From Pseudomonadota bacterium (GTDB lineage Bacteria > Pseudomonadota > Alphaproteobacteria > CACIAM-22H2), in the NCBI GenBank assembly GCA_016201015.1, contig JACQDQ010000115.1:1-54540 (forward strand): a stretch of 54,540 nt of DNA, in the 5' to 3' direction. Numbering within the stretch: position 1 is the first letter of the stretch; every line of letters begins with the position of its first letter. Position numbers and translations under genes: made by a program. This document shows positions 1 to 9,906 of the stretch, piece by piece. Below the pieces are notes generated by a model. The model saw only the letters and a list, made by a program, of their open reading frames with translations, made no database searches and had not been told where the DNA came from.

Positions 1-2
1 AC

Positions 3-818
3 GCCTTCAACGCCAACAAGACGTCGTGGGTCGGCCTCGTCATGTTCCTCTGCGTCGTCGCCGTCGCGCTTCTCGCCCCGCTGCTCGCCACTCATGACCC
101 GCTGGACCAGGACGTCCTCGCCCGCCTCAAGGGCCCGTCGATCGAGCATCTTCTCGGCACCGACTATTTCGGCCGCGACGTCTACTCTCGTCTGCTCTTC
201 GGTGCGCGGATTTCGCTGGTCATCGGCCTGACGGCGATCGGCGCCGCGATGCTGATCGGCTCGACGATCGGCCTCGTCGCCGGCTACTACGGCGGGCGCC
301 TCGACGTCATCATCATGCAGGCGATGGATGTCCTGCTCGCCTTCCCGTCGCTGATCCTCGGCTTGATCGTCGTCGCCATGCTCGGCGCCAGCGTCGAGAA
401 CCTGGTGGTCGCCATCGCGCTCACGGCCGTCGCGCCGTTCGCCCGCATCGCCCGCGCGCCGACCTTGGCCATCAAGGAGCGCGAGTTCGTCCAGGCCTGC
501 CGGGCGCTGGGCTTCTCCGACCACCGCATCATGGGCCTGCACATCCTGCCCAATATCGCGCCTGAGATCCTGGTGATGGGCTCGTTGTGGCTCGCCACCG
601 CCATCCGCGTCGAGGCGTCGCTCGCCTTCATCGGCCTCGGCGTCAAACCGCCAACGCCGACCTGGGGCGGCATGATCCGCGAGGGGTTCGAGAACATCCT
701 CGACAGCGCCTGGCTCGTGCTGTGGCCGAGCCTGGCCATCCTGACGATCGTGTTCGCGCTCAACCTGATCGGCGACGGGCTGCGCGACGCGATCGATCCG
801 AAGCTGCGCGGCGAGTAA
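3..818 (+). CDS. ABC peptide/nickel-type importer permease (DppC/OppC-like), 5' end outside window
   Basis: ORF 42..818 stays open in the same frame back to nt 3 ([17 protein letters not shown]...), so the true start is upstream. Hydrophobic multi-TM protein with the binding-protein-dependent permease loop ([24 protein letters not shown]). The ATPase gene starts 8 nt after its stop. Confidence 0.88.
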   Translation, partial: AFNANKTSWVGLVMFLCVVAVALLAPLLATHDPLDQDVLARLKGPSIEHLLGTDYFGRDVYSRLLFGARISLVIGLTAIGAAMLIGSTIGLVAGYYGGRLDVIIMQAMDVLLAFPSLILGLIVVAMLGASVENLVVAIALTAVAPFARIARAPTLAIKEREFVQACRALGFSDHRIMGLHILPNIAPEILVMGSLWLATAIRVEASLAFIGLGVKPPTPTWGGMIREGFENILDSAWLVLWPSLAILTIVFALNLIGDGLRDAIDPKLRGE

Positions 819-825
819 GGCCCCG

Positions 826-2685
826 GTGGCACAGCCCAGCACACTGCCGAAGGACGCCGCCGCGGGCCAGCCGATCCTGACGGTGCGTGGGCTCAACACT
901 TCGTTCCGCGTCGGCGGGGTGTGGCGCAAGGCGGTCGAGGATCTCGATTTCGAGATCGGCCCGCGCGAGACGCTCGCCGTTGTCGGCGAGTCGGGATCGG
1001 GCAAGACAGTGACGGCGCTGTCGATCCTGCGGCTGGTGCCAGAAGCCAATGGCCGCATCGACGGATCGATCGAGGTCGGCGGTCGCAATCTGCTGGAGTT
1101 GTCCGAGGATCAGATGCGGCAGGTGCGCGGCAATGAGATCAGCATGATTTTCCAGGAGCCGATGACGAGCCTCAATCCGGTGCTCACCGTCGGCTTTCAG
1201 GTCGCCGAGGCGCTGCACTACCATCGTGGCCTGACCGGCGCCAAGGCCGACCGGGCGGCGATCGAGCTGCTCGAGCAGGTGCGCATTCCCGACGCGCGCC
1301 GGCGCTTCCACGACTATCCGCATCTGTTCTCCGGCGGCATGCGCCAACGGGTGATGATCGCCATGGCGCTCGCCTGCCGCCCGAAGCTGCTCATCGCCGA
1401 CGAACCGACGACGGCGCTTGACGTGACCATCCAGGCGCAGACTCTCGACCTCATCCGGGCGCTGCAGCAAGAGATCGGCATGTCGGTGATGTTCATCACC
1501 CACGACATGGGCGTCGTTGCCGAAATCGCCGATCGCGTCGTCGTCATGTACCACGGCCGCAAGGTGGAGGAAGGTCCGGTCGCACAGATTTTCCGCGCGC
1601 CGCAGCACCCATATACCCGCGCGCTGCTCGCCGCCGTGCCGCGGCTCGGCAGCATGAAGGGAGAGCCGCACCCCAAGCGCTTTCCGATCCTCGACGCGAC
1701 GGGCACCGCCGCCGCGGCGCCGGCCGCCGAGCCGCCGGCAACACCTCCCGCCGGCGGACAGGCACCGCTGCTCGAGGTCAGCGGACTCACCACGCGCTTC
1801 GACATCCGCGCCGGCATCCTCGGCGGCGCGGTCGGGCGCGTGCACGCGGTCGAGAACGTGTCGTTCACACTCCATCCCGGCGAGACGCTGGCGCTGGTCG
1901 GCGAAAGCGGGTGCGGCAAGTCAACGACCGGCCGCAGCATCCTGCGCCTGGTCGAGCCGACCCGCGGGCACGTGCGGTTTCGCGGCGAAGACCTGCTGGG
2001 ACTCGACCGAAGCGCCATGCTCGCCAAGCGCCGGCACATGCAGATGATCTTTCAGGATCCGTTCGGCTCGCTCAACCCGCGCAAGACGGTGGGCGGCGCC
2101 ATCGCCGAGCCGATGCGGGTCCACGGCGTGGCGACCAAAAGCGAGGTCGGCGACCGGGTGGCCGAGCTGCTGCGCCGCGTCGGCCTGCAATCGGACCACG
2201 CGCTGCGCTTTCCGCACGAATTCTCGGGCGGTCAGCGCCAGCGCCTGTGCATCGCGCGTGCGCTGGGCCTCAGCCCGCAGCTCATCGTCGCCGACGAGGC
2301 GGTATCGGCGCTCGATGTGTCGATCAAGGCGCAGGTGATCAACCTGATGATGGAGCTGCAGGCGGACTTAGGTCTCACATATCTCTTCATCTCGCACGAC
2401 ATCGCGGTGGTCGAGCGCATCAGTCACCGCGTCGCGGTCATGTATCTCGGCGAGATCGTCGAAATCGGCCCGCGCCCGGCGGTATTCGAGAACCCGCAGC
2501 ACCCCTATACGCGCAAGCTGATGGCGGCCGTGCCGGTGCCCGACCCCGACCGCCGGCGCAAACGGGAGGCCGGGCTTCCCGAGGACGTGCCGAGCCCGAT
2601 TCGGCCCGTCGGCTACGAGCCGCAGCCCAAGCCCTATCTCGAAGTCTCGCCCGGCCACTACGTTCAGCAATTCGCCGCCGTCTGA
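826..2685 (+). CDS. ABC transporter ATP-binding protein with two fused ATPase cassettes (DppD/DppF-fusion, GsiA-like)
   Basis: Two Walker A motifs ([16 protein letters not shown]), two ABC signatures ([16 protein letters not shown]) and two Walker B motifs ([24 protein letters not shown]), joined by an Ala/Pro-rich linker. GTG start. Confidence 0.93.
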   Translation: MAQPSTLPKDAAAGQPILTVRGLNTSFRVGGVWRKAVEDLDFEIGPRETLAVVGESGSGKTVTALSILRLVPEANGRIDGSIEVGGRNLLELSEDQMRQVRGNEISMIFQEPMTSLNPVLTVGFQVAEALHYHRGLTGAKADRAAIELLEQVRIPDARRRFHDYPHLFSGGMRQRVMIAMALACRPKLLIADEPTTALDVTIQAQTLDLIRALQQEIGMSVMFITHDMGVVAEIADRVVVMYHGRKVEEGPVAQIFRAPQHPYTRALLAAVPRLGSMKGEPHPKRFPILDATGTAAAAPAAEPPATPPAGGQAPLLEVSGLTTRFDIRAGILGGAVGRVHAVENVSFTLHPGETLALVGESGCGKSTTGRSILRLVEPTRGHVRFRGEDLLGLDRSAMLAKRRHMQMIFQDPFGSLNPRKTVGGAIAEPMRVHGVATKSEVGDRVAELLRRVGLQSDHALRFPHEFSGGQRQRLCIARALGLSPQLIVADEAVSALDVSIKAQVINLMMELQADLGLTYLFISHDIAVVERISHRVAVMYLGEIVEIGPRPAVFENPQHPYTRKLMAAVPVPDPDRRRKREAGLPEDVPSPIRPVGYEPQPKPYLEVSPGHYVQQFAAV

Positions 2686-3361
2686 GCGTCGGCGGCTGCC
2701 CTTTGAACGTGCGCACATTGGTCCGATATCCGTCTTCTCCGTCACCGGCGGCAAAGCCCGGTCCACGAACGATGTCGTAGATCTCCCGGTGCGGGACGTC
2801 CCGATCCGTTTGCGTTGCCAGGTGATGGACGATCTTGAATTCGGCCAGGGTCAGACTGACGCGCTTGTTCCTCCAAACCGCGCGATTGGAGTTGAGGCAC
2901 AGCTCCAAGTCGCCGCGCCGCAACATCGCCAGCGGAGTGCCGGGTGCGATCGGTGTATAGGGGCCCTTGCGGCCGTCTATGACCGCCCCGATCCGATTCA
3001 GGAGAATCGAGAAACTGCGCGATTTGTCGATGAAGTCCACCGCGCCATTGGTCAGTGCCGTTTCCTCGTAGAACTGATCCCCAAGCGACGTGAGAAATAT
3101 GACCGGAACCTCGATCTTTTCCTTCCTCAACTCCTGAAACAGTTCGATGCCGGACATCACCGGCAGCCGCCAATCGAGCAAAGCCAAATCGGCTTCACCG
3201 CCCCGCTTGAAATATTCGAGCGCCGGGCCGCCATCGTTGAACTCCGTGACCGCGAAGCCGGTGTCCTGAAGATTCCGGGTCAGCGACTCGCGAAAGAGCT
3301 CATCGTCCTCGACGCAGACGATCCGAGCATTGGATACCGTGTCGTCCAGATTTGCCCCCAT
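2438..3361 (-). CDS. OmpR/PhoB-type response regulator, apparently 3'-truncated (possible pseudogene); no cognate kinase nearby
   Basis: Complete receiver domain (VEDDE acidic pocket, LLDWRLP acceptor Asp, FLTS, DFIDKS Lys). The winged-helix domain starts normally ([14 protein letters not shown]...GYRTNVRTF), but recognisable sequence ends near nt 2705. The remaining ~88 codons are an Arg-rich read-through antisense to the 3' end of the ATPase gene. Confidence 0.7.
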   Translation of the reverse strand: MGANLDDTVSNARIVCVEDDELFRESLTRNLQDTGFAVTEFNDGGPALEYFKRGGEADLALLDWRLPVMSGIELFQELRKEKIEVPVIFLTSLGDQFYEETALTNGAVDFIDKSRSFSILLNRIGAVIDGRKGPYTPIAPGTPLAMLRRGDLELCLNSNRAVWRNKRVSLTLAEFKIVHHLATQTDRDVPHREIYDIVRGPGFAAGDGEDGYRTNVRTFKGQPPTLRRRRIAERSGRARLRDRAWAAARSRRAESGSARPREARPPVCAGGRGRAPARPPSACAYRGAAGSRIPPGAGRFRRSRRDT

Positions 3362-3744
3362 CGCTCGTTAGTCTCCTGGCCTGAGAAAAGATGCCGGCTT
3401 TCCCGCCTGTGTCCTCACCGGGCCTTGGACTCCCGCCGCTCATATTCCAGCAATGATCAACCTCGGTTCCCGCAGTGTCGCCGTTGGGCGCCACCCTCCT
3501 TCGGCGTCCAATCCACGCCATCTCCATGTCGAGCTTTAGTCACGTAGGTCTAACCTCGTCCGGAATCAATCCGTTGGCGCTATTCCGCCAATCTGGCGGT
3601 ACGGCAGCGAAGCATGGCTTCGGTGACATAATGCAAGGGCGAAATAATGGCGATTGGCGTGTCCACATGGTGGCGCCACGGCTCACAAATTTGTCACGAG
3701 CCATCGGTGCTCTCGCCGCAGCGCGGAACCGCAATCGATCGCAT

Positions 3745-3769
3745 GTCGGCCGTCGGAGTGTCGGCCGAC
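3745..3769 (-). terminator. Candidate stem-loop just downstream of the GntR gene stop (GTCGGCCG-N9-CGGCCGAC)
   Basis: Perfect 8-bp GC-rich inverted repeat 11 nt past the TAA at 3780-3782. There is no U-tract, so this is weak as an intrinsic terminator. Confidence 0.3.
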
Positions 3770-3779
3770 GCAGGCGAAC

Positions 3780-4529
3780 CTAACGCGGCGCTCCGCCGTG
3801 AACAGCTCTCGTGATACGGCCGCCCTGATCGTATCGGGCCTTGATCACCCGCAAGGCGTCGTCGCGGGAGCGCAGCACGTGGCGCTCCGCGATCTTGGCC
3901 GCCAGCGGACCATTGCGGGCCGTGATCGCCTTGACGAGGTCGCGGTGCTCCTTGCGGGTGAGCGGCCATTTGTCGACCCACAGGACATCGATCCAGGTCA
4001 GCAGGCGAAGCCGGTCATAGAGCTGCAAGAGCGTCTCGCGGACGAAGTCGTTGCCGCTCTCGCGCGCAATGACTTCGTGGATGCGGATGCCGAGGTCGAC
4101 CTCCTCGCGCAGCTGATCGAGACTCAATTTTCCTTTCCGCTCGAAGACGGCAAGCTGCTTGACGATATCGGCGAGCTCGCGAATCCCGTTTTCGTCGATC
4201 CGCTTGGCGGCGGCGCGGCACGCATGGACTTCCAGGATCTTGCGGAATTCGTAGAGCTCCGCGACGACCTTCGGATCGAACTCCAAGGCGAAGTAACCCA
4301 CCCCCGGCTTGCAGATGGCAAGACCATCCCGCTCGAGCCGGCCCAAAGCCTCGCGCAACGGCGTCCGGCTGACTTGGATGCGCCGCGCGAGTTCACGCTC
4401 GCCGAGCCTTTCACCGGGCCTCACCTCGCCGGACAGGATCATCGTCCGCAGCGAGTCATAGGCGACCCGACTCAGCGGCTTGGACGCAGCGCGCCCATCA
4501 CTCGGGCTTGGCGGCAGGCCACGCGGCAT
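3780..4529 (-). CDS. GntR-family transcriptional regulator (FadR/FCD subfamily)
   Basis: N-terminal winged HTH (GERELARRIQVSRTPLREALGRLERDGLA) plus a helical FCD-like C-terminal domain. Last gene of the aminotransferase-ureohydrolase-ALDH operon. Confidence 0.88.
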   Translation of the reverse strand: MPRGLPPSPSDGRAASKPLSRVAYDSLRTMILSGEVRPGERLGERELARRIQVSRTPLREALGRLERDGLAICKPGVGYFALEFDPKVVAELYEFRKILEVHACRAAAKRIDENGIRELADIVKQLAVFERKGKLSLDQLREEVDLGIRIHEVIARESGNDFVRETLLQLYDRLRLLTWIDVLWVDKWPLTRKEHRDLVKAITARNGPLAAKIAERHVLRSRDDALRVIKARYDQGGRITRAVHGGAPR

Positions 4530-4573
4530 TCGAGGTTCCGACGGCGCGCGGCGTGTCCCCTGCGACGCCGGTG

Positions 4574-6007
4574 CTAGAGCCCGACCTGCGTGACGAACTT
4601 GGTGCTGAGATAGGCCTCAAGCGCCTCGCTGCCGCCCTCCGAGCCATACCCCGAATCCTTGACGCCGCCGAACGGCACCTCGGGCAGCGCCAGCCCGTGA
4701 TGGTTGATCGAGACGTTGCCGCTTTCGAAGGCCGAGGCGATCGCCGACGCCGTCTTCGCCGACTTGGTGTAGGCGTAGGCGGCGAGGCCGTAAGGCAGGC
4801 GGTTCGCCTCGCTCACCACCGCGCCGAAATCGGCAAACGGCGCGATCGGCGCCACCGGACCGAACGGCTCCTCGTTCATGATCCGCGCCTCCGTCGGCAC
4901 GTCGGTCATGACCGTCGGTTCGTAGAAGAAGCCCTTGTTGCCGATGCGCTTGCCGCCAGTCTGGATCTTCGCGCCGTGCTTGATGGCATCGTTGACGAAG
5001 CCCTCGATCACCTCGACGCGCCGGGCATGGGCCAGCGGCCCCATCCGCACGTCCGGCTCCATGCCGCTACCGACCTTGACGCCTTTCGCCAGCGCGACGA
5101 AGCGGTCGACGAAGCGGTCGTAGATCGATTCGTGCACGAGAAATCGGGTCGGCGACACGCAGACCTGGCCGGCATTTCGGAACTTGGCGGCGCTCAGCAT
5201 CTTGGCCGCGTGCTCGACATCGGCATCCTCGAACACGATCGCCGGCGAGTGGCCGCCAAGCTCCATGGTCGCCCGCTTCATGTGCTTGCCCGCCAGCATC
5301 GCCAGATGCTTGCCGACCGGCACCGAGCCGGTGAACGACACCTTGCGGATCACAGGATGCGGAATCAGGTATTCCGAAATCTCCGCCGGCACGCCGAACA
5401 CCAGATTGACGACGCCCGCGGGGATGCCGGCATCGGCGAACGCCTTGACCAGCGCGGCGCAGCTCGCCGGCGTCTCTTCGGGACCCTTGATGATGATCGA
5501 GCAGCCGGCGGCCAGCGCCCCGCTGATCTTGCGCACGGCCTGATTGACCGGGAAATTCCACGGCGTGAAGGCGGCGACCGGCCCGACCGGCTCCTTGACC
5601 ACGTGCTGATAGACGCCCTCGGCTCGCGATGGGATGACCCGGCCATAGGCGCGCCGCCCCTCCTCGGCGAACCAATCGATGAGATCGGCGCCGCTCAACA
5701 CTTCGGCCTTCGCCTCGACGACGGGTTTGCCGTTCTCCATCGTCATGATCGGGGCGATTTCGGCGGCCCGGCCGCGCAGCAGCTCCGCCGCCTTGCGCAT
5801 GAGCTTGTAGCGCTCGAAGGCCGAAACGGCGCGCCAGGCGCGGAAGCCCTTCGCCGCCGCCGCCAGCGCGCGGTCGAGATCGGCGCGGTCGGCATGCGGG
5901 ACGGTGCCGATGGCCTCGCCGGTGGCGGGGTTCAGCACATCCTGGCCGCGGCCGCCGGCGCCCTTGGACCACGCGCCGTCGATGTAGAGAGAGACTTCCG
6001 GGTACAT
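4574..6007 (-). CDS. NAD(P)-dependent aldehyde dehydrogenase (succinate-/malonate-semialdehyde dehydrogenase-like)
   Basis: 477 aa. ALDH motifs: [12 protein letters not shown] (catalytic Glu), [11 protein letters not shown] (catalytic Cys), EEPFGPV. Confidence 0.92.
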   Translation of the reverse strand: MYPEVSLYIDGAWSKGAGGRGQDVLNPATGEAIGTVPHADRADLDRALAAAAKGFRAWRAVSAFERYKLMRKAAELLRGRAAEIAPIMTMENGKPVVEAKAEVLSGADLIDWFAEEGRRAYGRVIPSRAEGVYQHVVKEPVGPVAAFTPWNFPVNQAVRKISGALAAGCSIIIKGPEETPASCAALVKAFADAGIPAGVVNLVFGVPAEISEYLIPHPVIRKVSFTGSVPVGKHLAMLAGKHMKRATMELGGHSPAIVFEDADVEHAAKMLSAAKFRNAGQVCVSPTRFLVHESIYDRFVDRFVALAKGVKVGSGMEPDVRMGPLAHARRVEVIEGFVNDAIKHGAKIQTGGKRIGNKGFFYEPTVMTDVPTEARIMNEEPFGPVAPIAPFADFGAVVSEANRLPYGLAAYAYTKSAKTASAIASAFESGNVSINHHGLALPEVPFGGVKDSGYGSEGGSEALEAYLSTKFVTQVGL

Positions 6008-6090
6008 ATACTGCCTCCGATTCCTCGATGTTGACGATTAAGACGGATCAAACCTTGCGCCGGGCGCAAATCGATTGTTGCGGGGTCGGC

Positions 6091-7146
6091 TCAACCGCGC
6101 CGCGTGAACCCCTTGCCCAGCACCATCAATGAGAAAATTTCGAACAACATTTGGGCGCCGACCATGGCGGTGTTGGACGTGGGATCGTATTGCGGCGCGA
6201 CCTCGACCACGTCGCCGCCGATCACCTCGATGCCCTTGAGACCGTGGAGGATCTGCTGCGCCTCGCGCGGCGTCAGGCCGCCGGCCTCGGGCGTCCCGGT
6301 GCCCGGGGCGAATGCCGGGTCGAGACCGTCGACGTCGAACGAGATGTAGGCCGGCCCGTCGCCGATCACCTGCCGCGCCTTCGCGATGATCCCGTCGATG
6401 CCCATCCTTGCGACGTCCTCGATATGGACCACCGTCATGCCGGACTCGTAGGAGAATTCCCACAGAAACTCGGCCGGTCCCCGGATGCCGATCTGGATCG
6501 TGCGCTCGGGGTCGATTGCCCCATCCAGCACGGCCAGGCGAAACGGACCGCCGTGATTGAACTTCGAGCCGTCATATTCGCCGCCGGTGTCGCAATGGGC
6601 GTCGATGTGGACGAGGCCGAGCGGCCGATCGCGCCCGAGCGCCTTCAGGATCGGATAGGTCACCGAATGGTCGCCGCCGACCGAGAGCGGCCGCACGCCG
6701 GCGGCGTCAATGCGCGCGTAATAGGCCGCGATGTCCTCGATACAGCTTTCCAGGCTGAAGCGGGAGCGCATCGGCACATCGCCGATATCGGCCGCCTTGC
6801 ATTCGGCAAGCGGCACCACTTTGAGGGCGTGGTTGTACGGGCCGATGCGCTCGACCGCGCGCACGGCGCGCGGGCCCAGTCGCGCGCCCGAGCGGTTGGT
6901 TACGCCGAGATCCATCGGCACGCCCAACAGCGCGACGTCGAGCCCGCCGAAATCCGGCTGGTCGGGCGCGTCGGGCCGATAGGGGGCGTCGAGCAGGGTC
7001 GACACGTCGGCATAGGGCAGCTTGCGCCGTTCCCGGCTCTTGAACACCAGAGAGACGACCTTCTTGAACTCGGCATCGAACACGTCGCTGCCCTTGGCGT
7101 CGGCATATTTGGCGCGCAGGGCTTCCAGTCTCTTATGGTCGAACAC
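6091..7146 (-). CDS. Agmatinase/arginase-family ureohydrolase (guanidinobutyrase/guanidinopropionase-like)
   Basis: Mn-binding motifs of the arginase fold: GGDHSVTYP, HIDAHCDTGG, SFDVDGLDPAFAPGTGTPEAGG. Confidence 0.92.
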   Translation of the reverse strand: MFDHKRLEALRAKYADAKGSDVFDAEFKKVVSLVFKSRERRKLPYADVSTLLDAPYRPDAPDQPDFGGLDVALLGVPMDLGVTNRSGARLGPRAVRAVERIGPYNHALKVVPLAECKAADIGDVPMRSRFSLESCIEDIAAYYARIDAAGVRPLSVGGDHSVTYPILKALGRDRPLGLVHIDAHCDTGGEYDGSKFNHGGPFRLAVLDGAIDPERTIQIGIRGPAEFLWEFSYESGMTVVHIEDVARMGIDGIIAKARQVIGDGPAYISFDVDGLDPAFAPGTGTPEAGGLTPREAQQILHGLKGIEVIGGDVVEVAPQYDPTSNTAMVGAQMLFEIFSLMVLGKGFTRRG

Positions 7147-7318
7147 GGCCTACTCCCGAGGAGGTCCGAGCGATTATTGGCCATTGGGGACCAACCGCAA
7201 CGACGCTGCAAGCGTTGTTTCGGCAGGCCAGACCCTCGTTCCTCAATTGCCGGCGCTGCGCAATGCGCTGGATCGATTCGACGCGTTTCTGCGATCGCCC
7301 GCCCGCCGGCGCGACGGG

Positions 7319-8704
7319 CTATGCGGCCTGCGCCTGTTTGGCGACCGACGCCTCGGTATCCTTGAACGTTTTCTCCAGGCGCGCCAGCAGGTCGTCGATT
7401 TCCGCCGCGGTGATGATGAGCGGCGGCGAGAGCGCGACCGTATCGACGATCGAGCGCACGATGAAGCCGTGCTGCAGCGCATGCGTCATGAAGGTCTGCC
7501 CGACGCCCTGCTTGGGATCGAATGGCTCCTTCGTCTTCTTGTTCTTGACCAGTTCGAGGCCCGCCATAAGGCCGACGCCGCGGACCTCGCCGACCAGGGG
7601 ATGATCGGCGAACCGCCTGACGCCGTCCTGGAAGCGCCGCATGACGCTGCGGACATGGCCCACGATGTCGCGCTCCTCGTAGATCTTGAGCGTCTCGAGG
7701 GCGACGGCGGCGCAGACCGGATGCGCCGAATAGGTGTAGCCGTGCGCGAAGACGCCGATCTTCTCGCTCTGATTGACGAAGACGTCGTAGATCTTCTCGG
7801 AAATCGCCACGGCCGAGATCGGCTGGTAGGACGACGACAGCGCCTTGGCCATCGTGATGATATCCGGCTTGAGGTCGAAGGTTTCGGTCCCAAACATGCT
7901 GCCGGTCCGGCCGAAGCCGCAGATAACCTCATCGGCGATGAACAGCATGTCGTACTTGCGAAGCACCGCTTGAACTTTCTCGAAATAGGTCCTCGGCGGC
8001 ACGATGCAGCCGCCGGCGCCCTGCACCGGCTCGGCGATGAAGGCGGCCACCGTGTCCGGCCCTTCACGCTGGATCAGCGCATCGAGGTTTTCGGCCAGGC
8101 GCGTGGCGAAATCCTCTTCGCTCTCTCCCGGCTTGCCGTAGCGATAATGATGTGGGCAATCGGAGTGGCGGATATTGGCGATCGGCAGATCGAAATCGAG
8201 ATGGTTCCGGGGCAGCCCGCACAGGCTGGCGGCGGCGACGGTGACGCCGTGATAGCCCTTCATCTGCGCGATGATCTTCTTCTTTCGCGGCCGACCGAGC
8301 GCATTGTTGTAGTACCAGACCATCTTGACGACGGTGTCGTTCGCCTCGGAGCCGGAGCTGTTGAAGAAGACCTTCGACATCTTCACCGGCAGCATGCCGA
8401 TCAGCTTCTCGGCGAGGTCGATGCTCACGTCGTGCGACATGTTTCTGAAGAGATGATAGTAGGGCAGCTTCTCCATCTGCCGCGCCGCGGCGGCGGCGAG
8501 CCGCTTCTCGCCGTAGCCCAGCGAGACGCTCCACAACCCCGCTCCGCTGTCGATGTATTCGGTCCCGCCTTCGTCGTAGACGCAGATGCCCTTGCCGTGC
8601 GTGATGATCATCGGCCCTTGCTTCTTGTGCTCCACCAGATTGGTAAAGGGGTGGAGGCTATAGGCGATGTCGCGCGCCTTCAGTGAATTCGGACGGGCAC
8701 TCAT
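7319..8704 (-). CDS. Class-III (omega) aminotransferase, PLP-dependent
   Basis: Track ORF 7319..8866 trimmed to Met55 (MSARPNSLKARD...), which has a GGAG box ~11 nt upstream. Motifs: SGSEANDT, FIADEVICGFGRTG, PDIITMAKALSSSY (PLP lysine). 461 aa is typical for the family. Confidence 0.9.
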   Translation of the reverse strand: MSARPNSLKARDIAYSLHPFTNLVEHKKQGPMIITHGKGICVYDEGGTEYIDSGAGLWSVSLGYGEKRLAAAAARQMEKLPYYHLFRNMSHDVSIDLAEKLIGMLPVKMSKVFFNSSGSEANDTVVKMVWYYNNALGRPRKKKIIAQMKGYHGVTVAAASLCGLPRNHLDFDLPIANIRHSDCPHHYRYGKPGESEEDFATRLAENLDALIQREGPDTVAAFIAEPVQGAGGCIVPPRTYFEKVQAVLRKYDMLFIADEVICGFGRTGSMFGTETFDLKPDIITMAKALSSSYQPISAVAISEKIYDVFVNQSEKIGVFAHGYTYSAHPVCAAVALETLKIYEERDIVGHVRSVMRRFQDGVRRFADHPLVGEVRGVGLMAGLELVKNKKTKEPFDPKQGVGQTFMTHALQHGFIVRSIVDTVALSPPLIITAAEIDDLLARLEKTFKDTEASVAKQAQAA

Positions 8705-8782
8705 GGGGGGATACTCCAAATCGACGTTAGGTCTCGACGCCAGCTCGCCCAAGCCTGATCGCGGACCATTTTGTGAGGCAAA

Positions 8783-8794
8783 CTGGTATACCAG
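8783..8794. promoter_or_regulatory. Candidate GntR (FadR-type) operator: perfect palindrome CTGGTATACCAG
   Basis: 12-bp perfect palindrome ~80 nt upstream of the aminotransferase start. It fits the GT-N-AC core typical of FadR-subfamily GntR operators. A GGTAT half-site is repeated 5 nt away. Confidence 0.45.
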
Positions 8795-8862
8795 ACGGTA
8801 TTCCGAACGTCTCGAGGGTGTCAAGACGCCCGGGCGCCGGCGATCGGACGCGAGATGCGCAG

Positions 8863-9855
8863 TCAAACCGGACCGGCGCGCGCCCGTCGCGGCGGCAATG
8901 CCGCAGGCTGTGCGTCATCGAGACGGAGATCGACCGCCTCGCGATTTGGCGCCATGAAGGCGGGGTCGGTCGCAGCGACGGCGACGGCCAGATCGGCGAT
9001 CACCTTGCACGTTCCGGCCGGCGGGCGCGTCGAGCGGACGACCACGAAGTGGTTGGCCGGTAGCGGCCGGACGGTCGAGATGACCCGCAGTTGGCCAGTG
9101 CCGATTTCACTGCCGAGAAGCCCCGGCGGCAGCACGCTGACGCCAAGGCCGGCGGCGGTCATCCGGATCATCGTCGCCAGGCTCGTGCAGCCATGCAGAC
9201 GTGCCGGACGGGTGTCCTCCGCAGCGAACCAGCGCTGCACCATGCGATGCTGGTGCGAGCCGCGCGAATGCGTGAATACCGGCCAGCTTGCCAGTTGGCG
9301 GGCGGTCAGCGGCTCCTCCGGCAGATCGAGGGCGGCGCTGCACATCCACGCGTTACGTACGGCCCCCAGCGGCTGGGTCTCGAAATCGGGCTCGGTCAAC
9401 GCGCCGACGAGGAAGGCGATATCGATTTCCCCGCCGCGCAGCTTCTCTTGGAGATTCAAACTGAGATCGACGACGAGCTCGACGTCAATCCCGGGATGCC
9501 GGCGGCTTATCTCGGAGACGAGGCGCGGCAGCCAGGTGAGCGCCACCGTGTCGGCGGCGCCGACGCGAACCACGCCGCTCATCGCCTGATAGACGCCGAG
9601 GCGATCGCGCAACTCGTCCCCGAGCGAGATGAAGCGCTCCGCATACTCGAGGAAATCGCGGCCCCGTGCAGTCAAGATGGAGGCCCGGCCCGAACGATCG
9701 AAAAGCTGAACCTGGAGCAGCTCTTCGAGGTCGCGGATGCGTCCCGACACGGCCGGCTGCGTCGTCGCCAGCCGCGCCGCCGCCGCGGAGAAGCTCCCCA
9801 GCCGCGTGATCCAATAGAACGTCTCAATCTGACGGAAGGTAATGCCTGGAATCAT
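8863..9855 (-). CDS. LysR-family transcriptional regulator (module 1)
   Basis: N-terminal HTH (FRQIETFYWITRLGSFSAAAARLATTQPAVSGRIRDLEE) plus a LysR substrate-binding domain. Divergent from the TRAP/hyu operon that starts at 10002. Confidence 0.9.
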   Translation of the reverse strand: MIPGITFRQIETFYWITRLGSFSAAAARLATTQPAVSGRIRDLEELLQVQLFDRSGRASILTARGRDFLEYAERFISLGDELRDRLGVYQAMSGVVRVGAADTVALTWLPRLVSEISRRHPGIDVELVVDLSLNLQEKLRGGEIDIAFLVGALTEPDFETQPLGAVRNAWMCSAALDLPEEPLTARQLASWPVFTHSRGSHQHRMVQRWFAAEDTRPARLHGCTSLATMIRMTAAGLGVSVLPPGLLGSEIGTGQLRVISTVRPLPANHFVVVRSTRPPAGTCKVIADLAVAVAATDPAFMAPNREAVDLRLDDAQPAALPPRRARAGPV

Positions 9856-9883
9856 AATCTAGACATTATGGAAACACATCATG

Positions 9884-9906
9884 AAACATCATTAGACATG
9901 ATGTTT
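9884..9906. promoter_or_regulatory. Candidate LysR operator: perfect 9-bp inverted repeat AAACATCAT-TAGAC-ATGATGTTT
   Basis: Lies in the AT-rich 146-bp divergent intergenic region. A near-repeat AACACATCAT sits just upstream, and there is a second TAGACAT copy at 9860-9866. Confidence 0.4.

Noticed and set aside
760-1875. 371-aa minus-strand ORF antisense to the ABC ATPase gene
   Set aside because: Composition is extremely Arg/Ala/Gly-rich with no recognisable motifs. It mirrors a plus-strand gene that has complete Walker and signature motifs. This is a typical high-GC antisense artefact.
3475-3783. 102-aa plus-strand ORF (and the 64-aa minus-strand ORF 3540..3734) in the long spacer
   Set aside because: No RBS, no recognisable domain, atypical composition for this genome, and an Arg-rich tail that overlaps the GntR gene end. 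I treat the region as non-coding.
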